Source of the DNA: Pseudomonadota bacterium
GTDB lineage: Bacteria > Pseudomonadota > Gammaproteobacteria > Pseudomonadales > Azotimanducaceae
Length of the DNA stretch: 64,000 bases
Assembly (NCBI GenBank): GCA_047947185.1
Contig: CP170502.1
Span: 1,301,978 to 1,365,977, forward strand
Direction of reading: 5' to 3'
A program made the position numbers and the translations under genes. Under the pieces are notes generated by a model. It made no database searches. It was not told where the DNA came from and saw only the letters and a program-made list of their open reading frames with translations. This document shows, in pieces, positions 21,501 through 26,921 of the stretch (its first letter is position 1; each line of letters starts with the position of its first letter).

Positions 21501-22785
21501 GCACCAGGGTGAGGATGACACCATTGACCGGTTCCCCGGTCGTGTCATCGAAGACGATACCTACAGGCGCAATATCGGCCAGCCTGGTGCTGATATCCTG
21601 CCCGTCAGTGGGATCTGTATAAGTTGCATTCACCTGGGACCGCGAGCGTACATTGAGGATACAGTCCTCGGGTACACTCACCTGGTTGGTGGTGATGACA
21701 TACCCCACAAAATAACCGCTATCCGGGCCTGACTCGAACAGACGCACCGTTTCGGTATCATTGGTCAGGCTCACATTCACGACCACATCAACCGATTCGA
21801 CCAGGAGGGGATTGTAGTTCTGGTCCATATCGCTGACACCAATATAGACTGGATCTCCAATGGCATAAGCATCAACAGGATCAACCGACAGATCGCCAAA
21901 TGGATTCGGACTACGAAAATCCAGGGAGCGTGACGCAATGGCAAGATCTCCGCCAAACTGACATACGGCAGGCTCAATCGCGTAAGTGTTGCCCGTTGCA
22001 TCAGGCGCCAACAATTCTATGTTCGATGGGGTCGGTACAACGGTCCGCACAGTTGTAATCACAGCCGACAACTCGGTCTTTAAACCACCCCTGTCGGTCG
22101 CAACAACTGTGACGGGAACCTCGGTATCAGGCGGCAGCAAGACGCCTTCCGCCAGGGACAACACGCCATCAACCACAACAAAGCGATCATCGCCGGCCAC
22201 AGTAAAAACGTGCTCATCACCCGCGTCAGGATCTGAAACGCTGAGTTCGCCAATCACCTGTCCGGGTGAATCGGGCGGTACATATCCACTGCTTAATGTC
22301 AGGTCAAACGGCGTCTCGTTGACGTCGAACACCTTAACATCGAAAGTCTCCTCGTAAACATTACCGCCGTCATCCGTGACACTGATTCTTACCGGGACTT
22401 CAGGCTCGGTCTCATAATCAAGGGAGACCCCGGCAACCAGCCGCAGTTGATCATCAACGACCTCAAAGCGTGCATCGCTGACTGACCAGACATGGCCGGT
22501 AACCTGATCGGGGTCAACCACAAGCACCGGACCGACAACAGCACCCGGCACATTCTCCAGGACGAAGGCCACTTCACAGCCAGCATCGTCGGCACAGTCA
22601 AGGTCAATGTCGGTCGGGGCGTCATCACCGTCGGTGAACTCAAGCGTAAAACTGACCCTGGCCTCGATGCCCTCTGGCGCACCGGCGAACGTAAGGCGGG
22701 CAAGGTTGGTGTAGATATCACCGTTCTGTTGCGCGTCTGCTGGCGTCGCAGAAAAGAAAAGGGCCATGGCAACTACCGTTACCAT
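15562..22785 (-). CDS. Giant (~2400 aa) envelope protein with adhesin-like repeats, an internal OmpA-like domain and a large C-terminal predicted beta-barrel
   Basis: Domain order, N to C:
- Signal-like N-terminus MVTVVAMALFFSATPADA.
- Two cadherin-like repeats (DVNETP).
- A duplicated ~300-aa beta-sandwich module (GEYRFP...YRLE).
- DUF11-type repeat (IGDFIQYRITVNN...NTASV).
- OmpA_C-like domain (VTVVGHTDNVRIA...LSQARAQAVADYL...NRRVELL, about nt 18860-19200).
- Ig-like domain.
- About 800 C-terminal aa of amphipathic beta-strands (about nt 15565-18000).
The start could instead be the ATG at 22893. Confidence 0.85.
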   Translation of the reverse strand: MVTVVAMALFFSATPADAQQNGDIYTNLARLTFAGAPEGIEARVSFTLEFTDGDDAPTDIDLDCADDAGCEVAFVLENVPGAVVGPVLVVDPDQVTGHVWSVSDARFEVVDDQLRLVAGVSLDYETEPEVPVRISVTDDGGNVYEETFDVKVFDVNETPFDLTLSSGYVPPDSPGQVIGELSVSDPDAGDEHVFTVAGDDRFVVVDGVLSLAEGVLLPPDTEVPVTVVATDRGGLKTELSAVITTVRTVVPTPSNIELLAPDATGNTYAIEPAVCQFGGDLAIASRSLDFRSPNPFGDLSVDPVDAYAIGDPVYIGVSDMDQNYNPLLVESVDVVVNVSLTNDTETVRLFESGPDSGYFVGYVITTNQVSVPEDCILNVRSRSQVNATYTDPTDGQDISTRLADIAPVGIVFDDTTGEPVNGVILTLVRVATSTPADVRGDGPVYSLYPSALKSGEDTRDRSGAVYDVDAGEYRFPAIPDGEYRLEIFNTQRYVFSQRPDSELQSLGASLERALTVTSDGAYRLSDASRGLPFRVSQGALPRIDIPVTRIGPAVPASPSPSKTEFFQYSPNPAVGTPYNVQQTVCVAGQTREVVELRNVLVPVPGVVNLIRTDVIKVGQPVFVKVTDADQNRDANVRETITVQLDVAASGDREFLELTETEPNSGEFIGYIQSAEEESSSGSCTLGVVKNQPITSTYTDAFDNTDSSESLVLVDPFGRVFSTRNGELINGATITLVNADTNEPAAVFGDGPLFAPFPSTLVTGGSVTDDAGLQYDFPDGEYRFPFVAPGNYRLEVTNLPANLVFPSVVSDLVIQGLNGAPFQVVDGSRGDVFEVPVGPALNIDVPIDEPSANVFLQKEASRDVAAIGDFIQYRITVNNENGGTAGDSAIVDRLPKGFRFQSGSLRIDGARAPDPSIDANGSLLTINLPPVGTEPVDVRYVAEITAGAGLGPAVNTASVMGDLIVSSNTATARVVVTDDLFSRKAMLTGRVTLEQCADEAGQGDPAPVTGMPGVRIFLEDGSYVITDDEGMWHMEGIEPGSHVVQLDIDSLEERYEPSPCNSNARFAGATHSQFVDLQGGTLWRADFRVREKAPPVSDIELIQSLAVDGDRVWVLVTASAEGRVVAEDASVIYRLPAGWTVIAGTEELDGSPISHSQSIVGTVWNIGDVVTSKELRFAIQPKPGQKKPPPDNLLLALQPRFETRSVALTSADRADLDRLIAKLGNRRWEAVTVVGHTDNVRIAPENRGEFADNAALSQARAQAVADYLASRGDFPAIAVVGAADRYPVASNETRAGRQQNRRVELLFNAAPDLPEDRTITASVLAGDSTARLSFTSVGTPKGKTPPNRLPLVQLAGQNVKVSTSVRSQAIGSWDLLDASGETPVASRDPDRQGLITLNEGERVSTRVMAIKLDLDSRLKPKLLVDGTEVPKDRIGFTMEDGDTGKTLYSYIGVDLGEPGEHQITVQGVDSFGNARFDETISYVRVGELFRLEVVESEGNIADGRTPVRVQLDLRDRSGEKISRPYKLVFESDSLVALDRGLSLSELAEIRDRNYIDVDADGLLQFNPVSRSGVYHASLYYGDEQDTEIELFVAPEKRDWIMVGLAEGSLAQQKLSGNMEGLADAGLDDEFSADGRVAFYAKGQIKGEYILTIAYDTAKEKKNALSQAIDPSAYYTLYGDRSTLQYDASSNEKLFLKLEKHQFSALFGDFTTGLTVNELSSYSRNFTGLKTEYEGDRFEFSAFASEANQAFVKDEIRGDGTSGLYRLSAGGILINSEKIRLETRDRFRSERILESVDMRRYVDYNIDYDAGTIFFKQPVYSQDPAFNPVFIVADYETAGDGRDRMNLGGRVAYKPNERVEVGATAIREGVENRETGLLGVDVAVEIDADTEFRAEIATTGSKLEDGSETSGTAYLAEISRRNAELDARAYVREQDGGFGLGQQNASESGTRKMGVEGAYTVRDGVEVRGEAYRQTNLGTGSTEDVVSTTMEMRNDQYSINTGLRSAVSDADGVESVSNQVLVGGSYKVLDGRANLTASADAPIGGQGEAANFPKRLRVGLDYKLNDAVTLSAEQEFSWGEELDTQGTRIGMSSRLWDGAELNTSVQQSADQENSERLAAVAGLKQRWEYNDAWSFDFGVDRSQTIKQTRAAPELEVTTVYSSPGDDDFTAVTFGSNYKRNAWDWSTRVEYRKADTGDKVNLLSDVIHDLDEGAQLLAQINIQKNDTEFSAQTTTDVRLGYAFRPIDSRWTLFNRLDLSRNTSSSLDSSVVSQKIVNNLNANYLWQENTQIAFQYGAKYVVDNFDDDEYRGFTDLLGMEIRHDMNNKWDLGVQTSMYNSYAAGASDTSFGVSVGYNMAHNVWMSLGYNFSGFHDEDFSASEYTAKGVYLKYRVKFDQFDARNLMQRIGTQ

Positions 22786-22910
22786 GACCCTTACACGTTT
22801 TATGCATCGAACGAGAATATCAGCACATCCTGCCAAAGTGGCATCGGCGCGGCTTACACCGTTTCTCCTGTACTGATTTCCCGTGATCCACATCCAATCA
22901 TCATCAGGCT

Positions 22911-24092
22911 CTAGTCAACCTGTATACGGTAGACGACACGCGCAACGCCGTTGAGGCTGCCAGTGTCTTCCCCACCTGTCAGTGACCCGCTGGTGCCTAC
23001 AAGCAGACCACCATCGTCAGCATCACTTGCCAGCGGGAAATCGTTCGGGTCCGCGGTAACCGTGTCATCACTGACCGCCAGTGTGTTCAGCAGTGTCGTG
23101 CCTGACACATAAGACGTGTACTGCGGCAGTGTGTCGGACAGCACCGCACCCGTTATTGCCGTGCCTGTCGGGTTGTCCATGACAATCAGGTACTCCAGCA
23201 CACCGCCTGGTTCAGCAGTCACCCCACCATCAAAATAGTTGTTGGCGCCGCTGCCCGAATCATAACTGACCGCACCGGTACCACCGCTCTCATCACAGAG
23301 GCTGATACAACGGACCAGCTTGGTCATGATGATCTCGACAATATCGATGTCCACATCGTCGGTAAACGTCGTGGCCCCGTTATTCAGCGACGTGGTCACT
23401 GTAATGTCTGCAGCAGGCGTTGCCGATACTGTCTTCGCACCTACATCCGCCACGCTCATCGTAAAGGTTTCCGATTCGAATATGCCTTCGCCAACCGGGA
23501 GGCCGCCTGGAATATTGGCCGTAAACGTAATTGTCGAAGTACCGGAGGCGTTGTCGACAACACTCAACACCGTGTATTCAATGTTGTTGATCACCACCGT
23601 ATCAGTAGGTGCGAGACCGTTCACCTCGCCGTCACTGGTGCCATCTGAAGGCACAGTCACGGTGGGACTACCACCCGGTGAAATCGCCGCCAGCGCCGTT
23701 GCACCCAGCTCAATACTGCCAACCGAGGGTGTGATGACATAGCCACCGCCCGGTGCCGTGACGTTGTTGGAACCTGTCACTGCACCACTGATCGTGTAGG
23801 TGTCGACACCGTTGTTCTGTGCATACACCTTGTAACTGATCAGGGCTGACGCGTTCTCAGGCTTGGATTGATCCGGTGGCACCGAAAAGGCCGGGTTGAT
23901 CCTGACGTCAGCCTTGACGAGGCTCACCGTGACGGTGACCTCTGCCGTAATGCCGGTTGGATTACCCGAGTACACCAGTTTTGCCTGGTTGATCAGCGCC
24001 GTGTTGGCCGGTGTTAATGCCAGCGCCGCCGGTGCGCCGAACATCAGGCCAAGCGCCACCAGAACCACTGCATGAAGTTTAAAAGATTTCAT
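22911..24092 (-). CDS. Secreted two-domain DUF11-type repeat protein
   Basis: Signal peptide MKSFKLHAVVLVALGLMFGAPAALA and an AGAGGA RBS. The Thr/Val/Gly-rich beta-sandwich sequence ends ...ARVVYRIQVD, like its paralog at 24120. A Cys pair is present (VRCISLC). Confidence 0.8.
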   Translation of the reverse strand: MKSFKLHAVVLVALGLMFGAPAALALTPANTALINQAKLVYSGNPTGITAEVTVTVSLVKADVRINPAFSVPPDQSKPENASALISYKVYAQNNGVDTYTISGAVTGSNNVTAPGGGYVITPSVGSIELGATALAAISPGGSPTVTVPSDGTSDGEVNGLAPTDTVVINNIEYTVLSVVDNASGTSTITFTANIPGGLPVGEGIFESETFTMSVADVGAKTVSATPAADITVTTSLNNGATTFTDDVDIDIVEIIMTKLVRCISLCDESGGTGAVSYDSGSGANNYFDGGVTAEPGGVLEYLIVMDNPTGTAITGAVLSDTLPQYTSYVSGTTLLNTLAVSDDTVTADPNDFPLASDADDGGLLVGTSGSLTGGEDTGSLNGVARVVYRIQVD

Positions 24093-24119
24093 TACTACGT
24101 CCTCTGAGAATTCTTATGG

Positions 24120-24867
24120 CTAGTCAATTTGTACAAGGTAACGAACAACCGACACGTTGCCCGCGTCGATAGTCCCGCCAATAGCACCCACCTCATTGGC
24201 ACCCGCACCGGCGAAGACGGTAATTTCATCCGGATCCGGCGTGGTATTCACACCGCCGAAATCCCCGCCCGTGGCCAGCGTATCGTCGACGTTAGCCGCC
24301 GAAAGACTGCCTGTTACCGTACAGGTGCCCGTCGCTGCCGCACTACAGGCACCCGCGCCGTCCGCTGCTGTCGTATTGGGCAGCACCTGGATGGTGGTTG
24401 CCTGGTAGGTCGTGAAATTGACAAAGGGGTCTGTCACAACCACGTTCTGGACGTCGCCACCGTCGTTGTACAGAAGGATGATGTATTCAAGGTCTTCGCC
24501 CGGCTGAGCACTCACACCATCTGCATAGTAGGTTGTACCGCCAACCACAACACAGGAGAAAGCTGCGGCGCCACATGAAGCAGGGTTGCTCGCAAAGGTG
24601 TCAAGGTTCCTGACAAACTTGTAGATCTGCAGATTGGCGGCCAGCACGGTAATCAGCGGAGTCATAGGCAATGGCGGGGATTGCCGGCAGCAGGTTAACC
24701 GTCACAATGACAGAATCAGTGGCTGTCAGGCCCGTTGCTGTCAGGCTGTCGTAAGTGACAGTTACCGTGTTGCGCAGTTGCGCCTGGGACGCGGTCCCGG
24801 CGGCAAGCGCCTGGCCGGCAAATGCTGCCACCAACAGACCCAGACCAATTCTTACTATACTTCTCAT
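24120..24867 (-). pseudogene. Secreted DUF11-type protein with interrupted reading frame (+1 shift needed between 24701 and 24604)
   Basis: Frame A (ATG 24867, signal peptide MRSIVRIGLGLLVAAFAGQALA) stops at 24601. Frame B (open from 24701 to 24120) encodes a domain paralogous to the C-terminus of the 393-aa neighbour but has no signal peptide. A G4/C4 run lies at 24676-24679. This could be a real frameshift, a sequencing error, recoding, or two separate genes. Confidence 0.5.
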
Positions 24868-24953
24868 GTTGAGCGCCTCTAACCTTAACTTCGTGTGAAA
24901 CCGCCACACCCAAATGTAACGACTGTAAAACTCATTTCAAAAATCGTGCCAGA

Positions 24954-25454
24954 TTACTGAACCAGCACCACAAAACTGACCTCACCGGTTTCGCCGGGCG
25001 GAATTTCCTCAATCAACCAGCGAATATTGGTGAATCTTTCCGGCGATGCCTTACGTCGGTCTGTGCCGCCGCCAAAGACGGTCACCTCGTAGGTCACCTC
25101 CTCTGGCGGGCTGTACGTCTGGCCGCCGTCTGCTGAAAAGACAATGGTAGAGCCCGTTCCCGATGCGGAATCCGACAGGTAAACCGTCAGGTCCGGAATA
25201 GGATTCTCAATCCTCACCTCGGTTGCAGGCTCGTCACCCATGTTGACGTAGCGCACTGTATAGCGGAGCTTCTGACCGGGTTCGATCTCCTCGGCTTCGA
25301 CCCAGCGCGTCACTTCCTGACCATTTTCTTCAACGACCACTTCTTTCAACACGTTCATGTCGAGTTGAATATTGGGATCGGCCATGGCCACAGAGGGCGT
25401 CAGCACGGCCATCAATATCAATTCCATCAACATCAGTCTTTTCCTGTTCTTCAT
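24954..25454 (-). CDS. Small secreted single-domain DUF11-type protein
   Basis: Signal peptide MKNRKRLMLMELILMAVLTPSVAMA from the ATG at 25454. DUF11-like core (GQKLRYTVRYVNMGDEPATEVRIENPIP...GETGEVSFVVLVQ). Confidence 0.8.
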   Translation of the reverse strand: MKNRKRLMLMELILMAVLTPSVAMADPNIQLDMNVLKEVVVEENGQEVTRWVEAEEIEPGQKLRYTVRYVNMGDEPATEVRIENPIPDLTVYLSDSASGTGSTIVFSADGGQTYSPPEEVTYEVTVFGGGTDRRKASPERFTNIRWLIEEIPPGETGEVSFVVLVQ

Positions 25455-25708
25455 CGAGTCCAGGATTCCTTGCGAATATCGAGCCAAGATCTTCATTGTT
25501 CTACCATCGTGTCAGAAACTTGTTGTTGAGCTTTAGACGCACTCTTGCGCATGGTATTCAATCAAACCACACGCCACAAGCGAAAATTTCAATGAAAATA
25601 GCGGGTTAACGCCAATTTCAAAGAAACCGTATGAAGTCTTGCTGCCAGGATTCCTCAACCCTTCCCTATTGGATGAATCACATTATAGGAGGGCCAAACT
25701 GTTTAAAC

Positions 25709-25752
25709 TGTAAGCAACTTGTAAGCAATTGATAACCGGTTGTTAACCTACG
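25709..25752 (+). promoter_or_regulatory. Four 11-bp-phased direct repeats (TGTAAGCAACT / TGTAAGCAATT / GATAACCGGTT / GTTAACCTACG), candidate response-regulator binding site
   Basis: The repeats are read directly from the sequence, in the AT-rich 358-bp region upstream of the DUF11 cluster. OmpR/ArcA-type regulators bind direct repeats at about 11-bp spacing. The function is inferred only. Confidence 0.3.
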
Positions 25753-25854
25753 ACGGGCGGCTGGAAACCGATCATAAAGAATCACAACCTATTGATTTAA
25801 CTTAACAAATTGGCACGCTTGTGAATCGCTGGAAACAGACTGCCAGCCAGTACG

Positions 25855-26064
25855 TTAACCCTGAGTGGTGACTATTGATACAGATTCAAGCGCTGGATCA
25901 TACACAATCGCGGCCTGTCCGGACCGGAGTTGCGCCAGCACATCAGCGATCTTCTCTGGCAGTGGCACCTCCTGGGCGCCGTATTCAGTCCCTTCCCGCG
26001 TCACAAACTCTTCGATAACACCGCGAAGGGCGTCCTGCGACAGACTTTCCCAGGGCACAATCAC
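25855..26064 (-). CDS. yheU: YheU family protein (UPF0270)
   Basis: 69 aa; MIVPWESLSQDALRGVIEEFVTREGTEYG is the typical YheU N-terminus. Confidence 0.85.
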   Translation of the reverse strand: MIVPWESLSQDALRGVIEEFVTREGTEYGAQEVPLPEKIADVLAQLRSGQAAIVYDPALESVSIVTTQG

Positions 26065-26172
26065 TTCAGCAGACCACAGATCCTGTTCCAGGTGGCACAG
26101 GATACCAGATCCGCATGATTCGGGCCGGTCACTGTGATATAAAAAACCCCGGTCCGACAGTCGATTGCCCTG

Positions 26173-26883
26173 ATGCCTGAGTTTATTGCCAACCTGCTGA
26201 TAGTCGAAGATGAACCCATCACGCGGTCACAGTTGGCGGCACACTTTCGGCGCGAAGGCTACGGCATCACCGAACTGGAAACCGCAGACGGCGTTCAGCA
26301 GGCAATCGACAGCAGCAATATTGATATCTGCCTCATCGACATCAACCTGCCTGGTAAAGACGGCCTGACGCTTACCCGGGAGCTGAGAAACGGCTCAGAC
26401 GTGGGCATCATCCTGGTCACTGGCAAAGACGAACAGATTGACCGCATACTGGGCCTCGAGAGCGGCGCTGACGACTACGTCACAAAACCCTTTGATCCCC
26501 GGGAACTGCTCTCTCGCGTCAAGAACCTGCTCTGGCGCATTCGTGCCCAGGAGAAACAGAAGGAGAAAGGCTTCAAGCGAAAGTTTGCTGACTGGACCCT
26601 CGACCTTAACAAACGCGAACTGTTGACACCTGATGGTGAAATCCAGCCCCTTTCTGCCGGCGAGTTCCACCTGCTGCTTGCCCTGATCGAAAACGCTGGC
26701 CAGGTCATGACCCGTGATCAACTGATGAACCGGATCCGCAACCGCGAATGGTATCCCGATGATCGCTATATTGACGTGCTGGTGGGCCAGGTCCGGCGAA
26801 AGTTCCGCGAACACGCACCCGACACGACCTTCATCAGTACAATACACGGTACCGGCTACCTGTTTGCGCCTGATGTGACCTGA
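26173..26883 (+). CDS. OmpR/PhoB-family response regulator, ArcA-like
   Basis: REC domain (LLIVEDE, phospho-acceptor context CLIDINLPGKDG, GADDYVTKPF) plus a winged-helix C-terminus (ISTIHGTGYLF). It aligns well with E. coli ArcA by eye. Confidence 0.9.
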   Translation: MPEFIANLLIVEDEPITRSQLAAHFRREGYGITELETADGVQQAIDSSNIDICLIDINLPGKDGLTLTRELRNGSDVGIILVTGKDEQIDRILGLESGADDYVTKPFDPRELLSRVKNLLWRIRAQEKQKEKGFKRKFADWTLDLNKRELLTPDGEIQPLSAGEFHLLLALIENAGQVMTRDQLMNRIRNREWYPDDRYIDVLVGQVRRKFREHAPDTTFISTIHGTGYLFAPDVT

Positions 26884-26921
26884 GGGTATAAGATTATCGC
26901 GTTACCCACAGGGACGCTGGC

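Noticed and set aside
15562-22893. Mega-protein as an RTX/T1SS adhesin, a classical autotransporter or an inverse autotransporter
   Set aside because: It has no GGxGxD nonapeptide repeats and no C-terminal T1SS-type signal, and no T1SS genes are nearby. It has an N-terminal Sec-like signal. The barrel-like region (~800 aa) is far larger than a 12-strand autotransporter barrel and is C-terminal, unlike intimin/invasin. An internal OmpA-like domain fits none of these classes.
22786-22893. Upstream ATG at 22893 as the start of the mega-protein
   Set aside because: It would add 36 non-hydrophobic residues before the signal-like segment, and its RBS is poor. ATG 22785 (TAAGGG nearby) gives an immediate hydrophobic leader. 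This is not excluded, so the start remains uncertain.
24120-24909. Treating 24601-24909 and 24120-24671 as two genuine overlapping genes
   Set aside because: The downstream ORF would start at a TTG with no signal peptide, although its paralog is secreted. The upstream ORF would then be only a signal peptide plus hairpin motif, with a nonsense-looking tail (YDSADYRAGRQSADLQVCQEP). A single frame-shifted gene explains both. The two-gene option is kept as an alternative in the feature note.
25811-25826. Sigma54-like element TGGCAC-N5-TGAAT in the AT-rich spacer
   Set aside because: The -12 element does not match TTGC(A/T). The site also points on the plus strand into the 3' end of the minus-strand yheU gene, so no gene could be served.
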